Positions 11,613 through 20,986 of a stretch of 64,000 nt of DNA are shown here, one piece after another (the stretch's first letter is position 1; every line of letters begins with the position of its first letter). A program made the position numbers and the translations under genes. The notes beneath the pieces were generated by a model. That model had not been told where the DNA came from. It worked only from the letters and a program-made list of their open reading frames with translations, and did not search any database. This stretch comes from Gemmatimonadaceae bacterium (lineage in GTDB: Bacteria; Gemmatimonadota; Gemmatimonadetes; Gemmatimonadales; Gemmatimonadaceae): positions 1,024,001 through 1,088,000 of the forward strand of contig JBHYGA010000001.1 in assembly GCA_051859245.1 (NCBI GenBank), in the 5' to 3' direction.

Positions 11613-11673
11613 TGTTGCTCATTTGTGACACAAGGGACCGGTTTGTTTTCGAGAATTGGGAATGTCTCTTGCA
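11613..11673 (+). promoter_or_regulatory. Putative sigma-54 promoter with an upstream imperfect palindrome (candidate activator site)
   Basis: GGAATGTCTCTTGCA at 11659-11673 fits GG-N10-GC; TGTTGC-N6-GTGACA at 11613-11630. Confidence 0.5.
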
Positions 11674-11726
11674 ATCAGCGTAGGCGTTCCCGCTTGTCCC
11701 AGTTCACGCGTACGACGGAGTACACA

Positions 11727-12407
11727 GTGATTTCAGTTGCTCGGCTATTTGCGGCTTCGGCCGCTCTCGTAGTGCTCGCCTCCTCGGCGGAGGCACAGTT
11801 TACCTCGGTTGGTGGGTTCGATTTGCGCCGAGAGGGTACTGATCGTGAGCTCCTGTACGGTCAGTCACCCTCAGGCCCAGGACAAGTCGGCGCGGCGAAT
11901 ACCGATGGTTCAGGGTTTCACACGAATACGTTCGCGCCGTTCAGAATCAGCTACAACGCGACGCTTGGCACGATGCTGTTCTCCTGGGACCTGTTCAACT
12001 TCGGTGCGACCTACGCGATCAATCCGGTGTCGAACACGTTCAACGCGATTCAGTTCAACGTTCGCGGCGCAGCTGGTAACGGGGGCGTTGCGATCGACAA
12101 CGTCACGTACAATGGTTTGTCGTTGCTCGGCCTGCAGGAGTCGGGTGCAAACAACGTCTTCCTCCCGTTCGGCGGCGTCGATGCCTCGCAGGATTTCGAG
12201 ATCGAAGGCGATCTCAAGTTCGGAGCCGTCGCGAATCCACAGGGCAGCGCCGAGGCGCAGCGTTTTTCGTTTCGTTATGGCACGATCGAGGGTGATTTCA
12301 CTTCAGTGCCAACGTCCGAAGTGCCGGAGCCCACACAGATTGCGCTGATGGGACTTGGGTTGGCCGGATTGGCCGTCGCGGCTCGCCGTCGCCAGCAGAC
12401 GCGCTAA
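11727..12407 (+). CDS. PEP-CTERM sorting domain protein
   Basis: GTG 11727 after GGAG; signal peptide; C-terminal VPEPTQIALMGLGLAGLAVAARRRQQ. Confidence 0.9.
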   Translation: MISVARLFAASAALVVLASSAEAQFTSVGGFDLRREGTDRELLYGQSPSGPGQVGAANTDGSGFHTNTFAPFRISYNATLGTMLFSWDLFNFGATYAINPVSNTFNAIQFNVRGAAGNGGVAIDNVTYNGLSLLGLQESGANNVFLPFGGVDASQDFEIEGDLKFGAVANPQGSAEAQRFSFRYGTIEGDFTSVPTSEVPEPTQIALMGLGLAGLAVAARRRQQTR

Positions 12408-12440
12408 CGCGAGAGCACTTCGCAAAAGTTCGTTGTTATT

Positions 12441-12487
12441 CACCAGACACTTGCTGCCGCGAAGCGCAAGCGAGTGTCTGGTGTTTT
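12441..12487 (+). terminator. Rho-independent terminator
   Basis: Stem CACCAGACACTTGCT / AGCGAGTGTCTGGTG followed by TTTT, 33 bp after the PEP-CTERM stop and between convergent genes. Confidence 0.75.
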
Positions 12488-12580
12488 GTATCCGTGCGCC
12501 TGTCGGTCATCAAATGCATAAACGGGGCGGGCTGTCCTCCTGTCGACGCAACCTCGGATGACCGCGCTGCCGCAGGGCGG

Positions 12581-15500
12581 CTACTGTCTCACCACCGAAC
12601 GCACGCCGTCTGAGAAGACCAACTCCAGGCGCCGTCCGTTGGTGACAACCGAATCGCCGGAGCGACGCACAAAGCCCATGATCTGACCGCTTGTTGCATC
12701 GCGGACCATCGCCATCGGGTAGGCCGCACTGTTCCAGCTGATGCGTGCACTGTTCGAGCTGACCGATGTGACACGCGACTCCGGATCCGGGCGCACCGTA
12801 GCGCGTGCAACGGCCGACTGCAGCACACTCGCGCGTGATGACTGTGCCTCGCGCACGCGCACGGTCGCCAGTCGCGATTCGAGCGACGCGGTCCACGGCA
12901 CCACCACGGCAAAGTGCCGCTCGTCGCGATCCGTGATGTGGTCAACGCGCTCGGCACTGAAGAACACCGCTTGCAGCGCCGCACCGGTGTTGTCGAGCAG
13001 TTCGGCGCGGTGCGTGCCGGTAAATGTGGTCGCCACGGGCGCACGCACACGAAAAGCGGGTTCAAGCGTGATGCGACCGTTCACGATGCGGCCCCAGACC
13101 AACAAGCCTTCGGTAGACGCGGACGGAGCAGAGGCTGCGCGCGATGCGGAGACACGCGGCTGCGTGCCGCGGTATTGCAGCACCGCGCTCCAGTTGTAAT
13201 CGCTGATCCAGTTGTTGTCGCAGTAGCTCATGATGTCGGTGGCGTTTGACTGCACCAGCGTGTTGGTGCTCGCATTCCAGCCGATCTGGCCAATCACACC
13301 GCCCGGGTACGGATAGCCTGGCGCGCCTCCCACATCACACGGCGCATGACCACGCGAAAAATTGTGTCCCCATTCGTGCGCGGCCACGTTGTCACCGCTC
13401 GGCATTTTGTCCCACCCGATCGCAGTGAGTCCCGGTACATAGCCGTAGCCGGCGATGCCGCTGTTGTAATTGGTGGCCACGACGCCGTAGTAATGCTGGT
13501 CAGGTGCTCCCTCAACCGTGCGCAGCGCGTTCATCTCGCTGAGCAGAGTCGACCAGCCGCTGGCGTTATTCGCATCCAGTTCCGTCACGCTTGATGTAAA
13601 GGGTGCACGCACGTCGGTAACGACAGCGTTGACGGGGAACAGTTGGCGCAACGTGACGAGAAACTGCTGGTGATTGGCGATGGTCACGTTGCCACTGAGT
13701 GCGCCCGTTACGACCGGCACAAAGCGCACGGTAAACGGAGGCACATTGCGCGTGGCGATCGCCTGCGGCGTTCCACCGGCCGGCCACACGTTGTCGGCGG
13801 CGTTGCCGTCAGGGAATGCGCCCGTGGGATCAAGCTCGGCCAGCACGCGCAATCCCGGTCGCATGTTCGCCGCCGGAATCGCGAGATTCCAGCTCGATTG
13901 TAGCACGCTCTGCGCGTCTGATAGTCGTACGCTCGACTCCGGCGCCGGAATGGTCGCGTTCTGCAGAAGCGTCGCGCCGTCGTACACACGCACGCGCACG
14001 GCCGGTTGTGCCGTGTTGGCCACGGTGGATCGTACGAACACACGCAGCAGTGCATCGCGACCGGCCACAAGTTCCACCGAACCGTCGAGTCGCTGCGTTG
14101 CCTGCGTTACGTGCACATGACTGATGAAGTAGTTCAGGCCGCCCGAGGCAGCGTACGTAAACGAGACAGGTACGCTGGTGTTCGCGACCACGTTCACGTT
14201 CGCGGCCGATGGTGAAGGCGTGTACGTGCTTCCGCCGCTGTTGTGCATTGATGCAGACACGGTGTAGCTGCCCGGGCTCAGGCCTGACACCGTTTGTGCG
14301 CCAAAGACTTGTTGCGTGCCCGAGGCGTTGGTGAGCGTAAACGTGGGCGTGATTCCCGGCGGCAGTCCCGACGCAGCAATGGCGATGGACCCGGAGGCCT
14401 GACCGTACGAAACGGACACGGTCACCGGCTGCGCCGATGCGCTGACCAGACGCTGCTGCGTGAGTGGAGTCGGTGTGTACGTGGCGCCAAGATGCGACAG
14501 TGAACTCGCCGAAATGATATAGGTGCCGGGTGTGAGTTGTGTGAGCGTGGTCGACGACGAAACGCCTTGCGAGAAATTGTTCGGTCCGGTTACGGTGATG
14601 CCGGCGGCGATACCATTCGGAACACCACTCACATTGATCGCGAGCGAACCGGTGCTGATGGTGTAGTGCACGGGCAATCGCAGGGTATCACCGGCGGTCG
14701 CGGTGCCTTGTGCTGTTGGGGGCGTGGGTACGTACGTAGCACCAGCGCTCGTGACCGATGTCGCGAGTACGCGCCAGATGCCCACGGCAGCAGGCGCAAT
14801 GTGTGTGGTGCGCGTGACGGACTGCGCTGCACCAGCTGGCGGAGTGAGCGTGATGCTTGCGTTCACGCCATCCGGCAGTCCGGTAACGGGGATGGCGACA
14901 ACGGTCGGCACCACCGAAAACGCAACGTTCACAGCTGTTGTTGCACCGGTGCTGATCACAACATTCTGTGTCACCAACGCCGGTGTGTATTTCACGTTGT
15001 CGGCAATGAACGATGCGGCGGTGAGCTGATACGATCCCACCGGCAGCGAGTCGAGCGTGGTGGCACCGTTGAGCGTACGTACGCTGTTCGCACCGGTGAG
15101 TGTAAGCGTTGGTACGGCGTTTGGCGGCAACCCGCTGGTGGTCACAGTGAGTCGGCCCACCTGTGCCGCGTATGCAACGTTCGCCGGCGAGGCCACCAGT
15201 GATGCCGATACGGTCACCTCGGTGCTGTCGGGCAGCGGATGATAGGTGACGCCTTGGCCCGACACAGGAAGGGCCGTTACGCGGTACGTTCCCGGCGCGA
15301 GATCGGTGACTGTTGCACTCGCGGCGATGGCGCGAGCAAATGCGTTCGGCCCGCGCACGCGAACCTGCGCATCGAGTCCCAGTGGCAGCCCAGAGACCGC
15401 CACGGCAATCGCTCCGCTCGCGAGTGTGTAGTTCACGTTCAGTCGCGCCGTGTCGCCAAAGAGCACACTCGCTTCAGCGGAGGCTGGCACCGGCGCGTAT

Positions 15501-16060
15501 CGAAAGCCACCCGTGCGCAGCGTATCGGCGACAAATCGCCAGACGCCGCCGTTCGCGTGCGTGAACACGCGCGAGCTTTCCGTGCGGATCGCAGAGTCTG
15601 TGGGGGTGAATACGGTGACCGGCGCGGCGACACCCGATGGTACGCCAGTGATGGTGAACGCCAGCGCCGATGGCACGGGCTCATATCGCACCACGGCCGT
15701 TGTTGGCGGCGCGCCGCTGACCACCGTCGCGCTGATCGTTGACGGGTTCGACGCATAGGTGCCGGTGGCGGCGCGTACGGGAATCACCGTGATGGTGTAG
15801 CTGCCGCCTGGCAAGTCACTCCAACTGGTGGTGCCCGTGGCCGCTCGATTGATGCCGGGTCCGCTGAGCGTGATACTCGCCGGTACACCGGGCAACCCTT
15901 CAACCGTGAGGATCAGAAGGCCGGGCGGCTGCGGCTGCGCCGCTGGCGGCGGTACCGTTGGTGGCGGACCCACAACGGTTTGCGTATCGCCGCCGGAACA
16001 GGCAGCGAGCAGGACAATCGCGAACGGCAGAACACCGCGAAGCATGGGCAGTCGGATCAC
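12581..16060 (-). CDS. Large lipoprotein with seven tandem beta-sandwich repeats and an M66-like metzincin peptidase domain
   Basis: Lipobox LLAAC; repeats of about 85 aa starting G.L.I.VSGLP; HEWGHNFSRGH zinc motif and DIMSY Met-turn. Confidence 0.8.
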   Translation of the reverse strand: MIRLPMLRGVLPFAIVLLAACSGGDTQTVVGPPPTVPPPAAQPQPPGLLILTVEGLPGVPASITLSGPGINRAATGTTSWSDLPGGSYTITVIPVRAATGTYASNPSTISATVVSGAPPTTAVVRYEPVPSALAFTITGVPSGVAAPVTVFTPTDSAIRTESSRVFTHANGGVWRFVADTLRTGGFRYAPVPASAEASVLFGDTARLNVNYTLASGAIAVAVSGLPLGLDAQVRVRGPNAFARAIAASATVTDLAPGTYRVTALPVSGQGVTYHPLPDSTEVTVSASLVASPANVAYAAQVGRLTVTTSGLPPNAVPTLTLTGANSVRTLNGATTLDSLPVGSYQLTAASFIADNVKYTPALVTQNVVISTGATTAVNVAFSVVPTVVAIPVTGLPDGVNASITLTPPAGAAQSVTRTTHIAPAAVGIWRVLATSVTSAGATYVPTPPTAQGTATAGDTLRLPVHYTISTGSLAINVSGVPNGIAAGITVTGPNNFSQGVSSSTTLTQLTPGTYIISASSLSHLGATYTPTPLTQQRLVSASAQPVTVSVSYGQASGSIAIAASGLPPGITPTFTLTNASGTQQVFGAQTVSGLSPGSYTVSASMHNSGGSTYTPSPSAANVNVVANTSVPVSFTYAASGGLNYFISHVHVTQATQRLDGSVELVAGRDALLRVFVRSTVANTAQPAVRVRVYDGATLLQNATIPAPESSVRLSDAQSVLQSSWNLAIPAANMRPGLRVLAELDPTGAFPDGNAADNVWPAGGTPQAIATRNVPPFTVRFVPVVTGALSGNVTIANHQQFLVTLRQLFPVNAVVTDVRAPFTSSVTELDANNASGWSTLLSEMNALRTVEGAPDQHYYGVVATNYNSGIAGYGYVPGLTAIGWDKMPSGDNVAAHEWGHNFSRGHAPCDVGGAPGYPYPGGVIGQIGWNASTNTLVQSNATDIMSYCDNNWISDYNWSAVLQYRGTQPRVSASRAASAPSASTEGLLVWGRIVNGRITLEPAFRVRAPVATTFTGTHRAELLDNTGAALQAVFFSAERVDHITDRDERHFAVVVPWTASLESRLATVRVREAQSSRASVLQSAVARATVRPDPESRVTSVSSNSARISWNSAAYPMAMVRDATSGQIMGFVRRSGDSVVTNGRRLELVFSDGVRSVVRQ

Positions 16061-16139
16061 AGAGAGCTCGGTAGAGGGCTACCTCTCAGACGAGTCTCAG
16101 CGATTTGGGCCACGCGGTGTTACATGGGTGGCACGAGTG

Positions 16140-17147
16140 TCACGCCAGCGACCTGCGACGCCATGTTGCGAGCAGTGCTACGCACAACAGCATGGCATTC
16201 GCGGTCCACATGGCGACAAACGGTGACACAACGTGTCGATCGGCGAGGGTTTCGCCGGTCATGAGCAACATGTAGTACATGCCGATCACCGCGACGCTCG
16301 CGAGCACCACGAGTACTGATCCGCCGCGTGGCAGGGCAAACGCGATTGCCATGCCAGTCATCGCAAACACGAGACAGGCGGCGGGCAGCGCGGCCTTTTT
16401 GTGTACTTCCACCTCGAACATCGACGCGCGTGTGCTGACTGTATCAACAATCCGCGCGTTTCGCGCGGCTTCACGCAGCTGACCGAATGTCATTTCGCGT
16501 TCGCCCCTGCCAACTGGTGTGCCGGCGAAAACTTCGCTCAACCGGTGATTTGTTCGCGGCACAAGCTCGGCGGTAACAACGAACGCGAGTGCCGTTATGC
16601 CCGTGGCGGCCAGCAGCACCGGTTGGACAAGGCGACGCACTCCATGGCGAGTTGCTCGCGCTGCGGCGAGTGTGCCGTTTGCACCCAGTCGCGTGAACTG
16701 CACAAGCACGGCAAGCAACACTGCGATCGGAATGGTCAGCGCAGCGTTAAATGGGATCGCCAGAAGCAGCACTTCCGGGATCGTGCCCGACGCGCCCCGA
16801 GCAGAAAGCATCGGTATGATGTGCCGCGCATACAAACCAACGAGCGCCAATGTGAAGAGCACGAATGAAACCGCGAAAGATGCCGCGAGACCGCGCAGCA
16901 GCTCATGCGATGTTGGCAGTGGCGTATTCGGATCAAACTTGTCGCTGGGTCGCACGCGTTCGTACGCCGCACGCACGAGTACATCCCACAAGCCGCGCAG
17001 AGTTGCAAGCACAACGCGTAGTGACCCGTGCTCACGTGCCTGATCAAGCTCGCGTTGAAATGACCGCTCGATTGCGGGTGACTGTTTGCTCTGCAAATCG
17101 GCAGGCAACAATCGCAGCACTGCTCGATACAATTGCGGCGCGATCAT
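16140..17147 (-). CDS. LptF/LptG-like permease with an N-terminal permease-prefix segment
   Basis: LLLAIPFNAALTIPIAVLLAVL, EVEVHKKAALPAACLVF and PFVAMWTAN resemble YjgP/YjgQ; start overlaps the PadR stop (ATGA). Confidence 0.7.
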   Translation of the reverse strand: MIAPQLYRAVLRLLPADLQSKQSPAIERSFQRELDQAREHGSLRVVLATLRGLWDVLVRAAYERVRPSDKFDPNTPLPTSHELLRGLAASFAVSFVLFTLALVGLYARHIIPMLSARGASGTIPEVLLLAIPFNAALTIPIAVLLAVLVQFTRLGANGTLAAARATRHGVRRLVQPVLLAATGITALAFVVTAELVPRTNHRLSEVFAGTPVGRGEREMTFGQLREAARNARIVDTVSTRASMFEVEVHKKAALPAACLVFAMTGMAIAFALPRGGSVLVVLASVAVIGMYYMLLMTGETLADRHVVSPFVAMWTANAMLLCVALLATWRRRSLA

Positions 17148-17464
17148 GCGCCCCCCAACGCCAGTCGCGTACGCGCCACCCGAGCGAGTGACTGCAGTCG
17201 CTCGGCTTCGCGTTCCAGTGCGGCGCGTCCTGAGGGGGACAGTCGGTAGAATCGCTCTCGTCCTGAGATGCCTTCCGGGCGATCGTCTTCGGCCACTTCT
17301 TCAAGCCATTGTTGCTCGACGAGTTCTTCGAGCGAGCCGTACAGTGTAGCCGGCCAAAGGCGCACGCTCCCGTCGCTGAGGGCACGCACGTCGTCTTGAA
17401 TCGCCGAACCGTATCTCGGTGCGGCAGAGACGGAGAGCAGGATGAAGAAGTGGTGGGGCTTCAT
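17144..17464 (-). CDS. PadR family transcriptional regulator
   Basis: ILLSV...RYG.AI...LWPATLYGSLEEL...RERFYRLSPSGR. Confidence 0.9.
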   Translation of the reverse strand: MKPHHFFILLSVSAAPRYGSAIQDDVRALSDGSVRLWPATLYGSLEELVEQQWLEEVAEDDRPEGISGRERFYRLSPSGRAALEREAERLQSLARVARTRLALGGA

Positions 17465-17491
17465 CGGACGGGTCGAAGTGGCGGAGGGTAG

Positions 17492-17524
17492 ATACTATGA
17501 AAGCATACTATTGAGCAATAGTAT
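17492..17524. promoter_or_regulatory. Putative PadR operator
   Basis: Perfect palindrome ATACTATTG-AG-CAATAGTAT (17505-17524) plus an extra ATACTAT half-site at 17492, 28-60 bp upstream of padR. Confidence 0.65.
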
Positions 17525-17727
17525 ACCTCGCAAGTACCTGCGCGCACTTCGACGAACTCCACCGGTAGCATGCCTGCATCCTTGAGTGTTTGCCGAGACG
17601 CAAGCACGCGCGCCTCCGCTGATAGCGCGGGGTCAACGCTTGCGCGGACTCAGCGCCGGCGACTGTAACAGATCTGCATCAGAACGACGCTGGCCGTCAC
17701 GCTTCGCGTTCAACGCTAATTTTCGGC

Positions 17728-18426
17728 ATGCAAACGGCCACGCAGTCCATGCTGAATACCTCTACGCTGATCGAGTTTTTGATCAGTCTGGTGAAGTTCT
17801 GGCAGATCATCGTATTCATGTTTGGCGCGTATCAGTTCTGGGCGAATCGCCGCGAGCGTCTGGCTGCTGACAAGGTACGCGAAATTGCCGAGCGCACCGA
17901 TACCAACTATCAGGCATGGCAGGTGGTCAACAGTGCACAGGGGAAAGGCGGGAGCGGCGGACGTATCGATGCACTAGCCAATCTCGTCAGGAATGATCAG
18001 TCGCTGGCGGGCGTGAATGTGGATGGGGCGTGGCTCGTCGGGATCGACCTGCGCGGGGCAGATCTCGCCTCTGCCAGCTTCAAGGAGGCCAATCTGCAAG
18101 GCGCCAACCTGTCAGCTGCCAACTTGAAGGGAGCCAACCTCGAAGGCGCGAATCTTGCGGCCGCCCAACTCGATGGCGCGATCCTCCAAGGCGCCAATGT
18201 GAAGGGCGCGCGCATGTCGGCCGCGTCGCTGCTCGGCGCCGATCTGCACGATCTGATCGGCTGGCGCGACATCGCGAGTGTCAACTACGCGAGGGTGGAA
18301 AACGTGCAGCGCGCGCCGCTGGGGTTTCGCGAATGGGCGCTCAGTGAAGGTGCCGAGGGGGGCGATCTCGCCAGTCGGGAGTCGTCGCCCGAGAGCTCCT
18401 ACTCCACGCAGTTTCGCGCCATCTAA
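17728..18426 (+). CDS. Membrane-anchored pentapeptide repeat protein
   Basis: N-terminal hydrophobic helix; tandem A(N/D)LxG repeats (ANLQG ANLSA ANLKG ANLEG ANLAA). Confidence 0.85.
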   Translation: MQTATQSMLNTSTLIEFLISLVKFWQIIVFMFGAYQFWANRRERLAADKVREIAERTDTNYQAWQVVNSAQGKGGSGGRIDALANLVRNDQSLAGVNVDGAWLVGIDLRGADLASASFKEANLQGANLSAANLKGANLEGANLAAAQLDGAILQGANVKGARMSAASLLGADLHDLIGWRDIASVNYARVENVQRAPLGFREWALSEGAEGGDLASRESSPESSYSTQFRAI

Positions 18427-18581
18427 CGATCAACAGGCGCGGTGCCATGTGATGCGCGGACGGCACCAAAAGGCCTCCGCGTGCACTTACCTGCATACGC
18501 TCGTACTTCGGCGCCTCGCGTGAACGGTTGATGCGGTGACACTCACCGCAGACACTTCATCATCTATCCGGAAGCCTGCTC

Positions 18582-18929
18582 ATGGAAACCGCCGTTGCAG
18601 CCGCGCAGGTGATCGTCGCGTTGTCCGTCCTGTTTGTGTGGATCGTCCGGCTCCCCAATGTCGAGCAGGAGTTTCGCGAATACGCGCTCAGTGATGTTAT
18701 GCGCAACTTCGTTGGCGCCACCAAAATCTCGGCTGCGGCGCTGCTCCTGGCGGGGCTGTGGTATCCTGGCTTGGTCTTTCCGGCGTCGGTCGTCATGGCC
18801 TTCTTCATGATCTGCGCCCAGTTCTTTCACTACAAGGCCCGGCACCCGGCCTCGAAATACGCAGCTTCACTGCTACTGCTGCTGCTCTCATTGTTTGTTG
18901 CTTATGCGTCGCGCGGCAGCGTGCTGTAG
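18582..18929 (+). CDS. DoxX family membrane protein
   Basis: 115 aa hydrophobic; EFREYALSD.MRNFVGATK. Confidence 0.75.
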   Translation: METAVAAAQVIVALSVLFVWIVRLPNVEQEFREYALSDVMRNFVGATKISAAALLLAGLWYPGLVFPASVVMAFFMICAQFFHYKARHPASKYAASLLLLLLSLFVAYASRGSVL

Positions 18930-19277
18930 ATGTCTTTGTTCTTGATCCTGACCGTGCTGTCAGGCGTGTCATTTCTGGTGTACGGGGCAAGCTGTGTGTT
19001 CAGCAACGCGATGATGCAGGAGTTTGATCGCTTTGGTCTGGCGAAGTTTCGCGTGCTCACCGGCGTGCTCGAGTTACTCGGCGGAGCGGGGTTGTTGCTT
19101 GGCCTGTTGTACCTTCCGGTGCTCTGCCTCTCGGCGTCCGGGCTCGCCGTGTTGATGCTGCTTGGCGTAGGTGTGCGCGTGCGGTTGCGCGACGGTGTGT
19201 TGCTCACGCTGCCCGCGCTGCTGCTCATGATCGTGAACGGCTGGATTGCCGTTGAGGCGTGGCGGCGAATCGTGTAG
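18930..19277 (+). CDS. DoxX family membrane protein
   Basis: 115 aa; MMQEFDRFGL..FRVLTGVLELLGGAGLL; abuts the previous gene (TAG-ATG). Confidence 0.8.
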   Translation: MSLFLILTVLSGVSFLVYGASCVFSNAMMQEFDRFGLAKFRVLTGVLELLGGAGLLLGLLYLPVLCLSASGLAVLMLLGVGVRVRLRDGVLLTLPALLLMIVNGWIAVEAWRRIV

Positions 19278-19279
19278 CG

Positions 19280-20221
19280 CTACGCCGGAAACAATCCCGT
19301 GCTCAGGTAGCGATCTCCACGGTCGCAGATGATAAAGACGATCGTCGCGTTGCTCACTTCTGCAGCGACGCGCAACGCGATGACCAAGGCACCAGCAGCT
19401 GATGGGCCGCAAAAGATTCCCTCTTCGGCCGCCATTCTACGCGCCATCTGCTCGGCGTCTGTCTGCGACACCTGCTCTATGCGATCCACACCGTTCGCGT
19501 TGTAGATACGCGGTTGATACGGCGGCGACCATTTGCGAATGCCGGCAATTTGTGAACCTTCGGACGGTTGCGCACCAACAACTGTGATCGATGGATTCTG
19601 TTCGCGCAGAAAGCGACCGACGCCCATGATGGTGCCCGTCGTGCCCATGGCGCTGACAAAGTGTGTGATGCGCCCACCGGTATCGCGCCAGATTTCGGGG
19701 CCGGTAGTGTCGTAGTGCGCGCGCGGATTGTCGGGATTGGCAAACTGATCAAGTACGCGACCCTCGCCGCGCTGTTGCATTTGTGCCGCGAGATCACGCG
19801 CATATTCCATACCACCGTTGGCCGCGGGGGTCAGAATCAGCTCGGCGCCATACGCCGTCATCGAAGCGCGGCGTTCGGCACTGAGATTGTCGGGCATGAT
19901 CAGCGTCATGCGGTAACCGGTCATGGCCGCGATCATCGCCATAGCGATACCGGTGTTGCCGCTGGTGGCTTCGATCAGGCGGTCCCCAGGCTTGATCTCA
20001 CCACGCGCTTCGGCACCGCGAATCATTGACAGCACCGGGCGGTCTTTCACAGAACCGCCGGGGTTGTTGCCCTCGAGTTTTCCGAGAATGACCGTGCCGT
20101 TGGCCTGAATAGCGGGGTCGGGAATACGCTGCAGGCGGACGAGTGGCGTGTTGCCGATCGTTCGATCGATGCTTCGGCTGAGCGTCTGCGCGAACGCATC
20201 GCTGGCGCTGGTAGAGGACAT
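19280..20221 (-). CDS. cysM: Cysteine synthase B (O-acetylserine sulfhydrylase)
   Basis: IGNTPLV, KLEGNNPGGSVKDR (PLP Lys), EATSGNTG, MGTTGT, GIRKW, ICDRGDRYLSTG; start at ATG 20221. Confidence 0.92.
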   Translation of the reverse strand: MSSTSASDAFAQTLSRSIDRTIGNTPLVRLQRIPDPAIQANGTVILGKLEGNNPGGSVKDRPVLSMIRGAEARGEIKPGDRLIEATSGNTGIAMAMIAAMTGYRMTLIMPDNLSAERRASMTAYGAELILTPAANGGMEYARDLAAQMQQRGEGRVLDQFANPDNPRAHYDTTGPEIWRDTGGRITHFVSAMGTTGTIMGVGRFLREQNPSITVVGAQPSEGSQIAGIRKWSPPYQPRIYNANGVDRIEQVSQTDAEQMARRMAAEEGIFCGPSAAGALVIALRVAAEVSNATIVFIICDRGDRYLSTGLFPA

Positions 20222-20381
20222 AGAGTGCCGAGGGTACGTGGACAAGAGGCGGAACGAATCCCTGTCCTTTCGCAACGCTTGATGTCACGCCAGGGTTGCC
20301 AGCTAGTCCCATTGAGCAATAGCGGCCCCGGACCTTCGAAGGCGATGATGAAGCTTCACGAAGTGCAACCCCAGGAGTTCG

Positions 20382-20900
20382 ATGCTCGAAGACGATGTCG
20401 CGACCGCAGACGCACGTGAAGCCGCTCGGCTTGAGGCAATGAAGGCGGATGTGGGCCGCGAAGTGCGCGCCGAGATCGGAGGGCAGGCCGCGGTGGCATC
20501 TCCCGGAGATCGCGCGCGTGTATCGGAAGTAGCAGCCGGCATGCGACAGTCTGCGATCAACGAAACCGTGCACGCCGACCGGAAAATTGAGCACGCCCGA
20601 ACCGCCGCTCGCGGTTCACAGTTCCTGGACTACGCGTTCTACGTGCTGTACACGCTGCTCGGCGTGCGGCTGATTCTGGCGCTAATTGCCGCGAACTCAA
20701 ACAACGGGTTCGTGCAGTTCATCTCGACGATCACGAATCCGTTTTATGCGCCCTTCCGTGGGATTGTAGAGAGTCCCACCACCGAAGCTGGTAACACGCT
20801 CGTATTCCCGATTGTGATTGCCATGGTGGTGTACGCCATTGTTCACGTGGCGATCAACGGGTTGTTGCGCATGGTAGGCAATCGGAAAACGTCGATCTGA
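20382..20900 (+). CDS. YggT-like membrane protein
   Basis: AGGAG RBS; LLGVRLILALIAAN..NGFVQFI..ITNPFYAPFRGI. Confidence 0.7.
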   Translation: MLEDDVATADAREAARLEAMKADVGREVRAEIGGQAAVASPGDRARVSEVAAGMRQSAINETVHADRKIEHARTAARGSQFLDYAFYVLYTLLGVRLILALIAANSNNGFVQFISTITNPFYAPFRGIVESPTTEAGNTLVFPIVIAMVVYAIVHVAINGLLRMVGNRKTSI

Positions 20901-20986
20901 TTCGCCGGTGGATCGACGGCAGGCGGTCACTGCGAATCACCAATACGCAGTGGGCGCGCGGCGAGGTGTGGGGATAGCTTTCCAGC

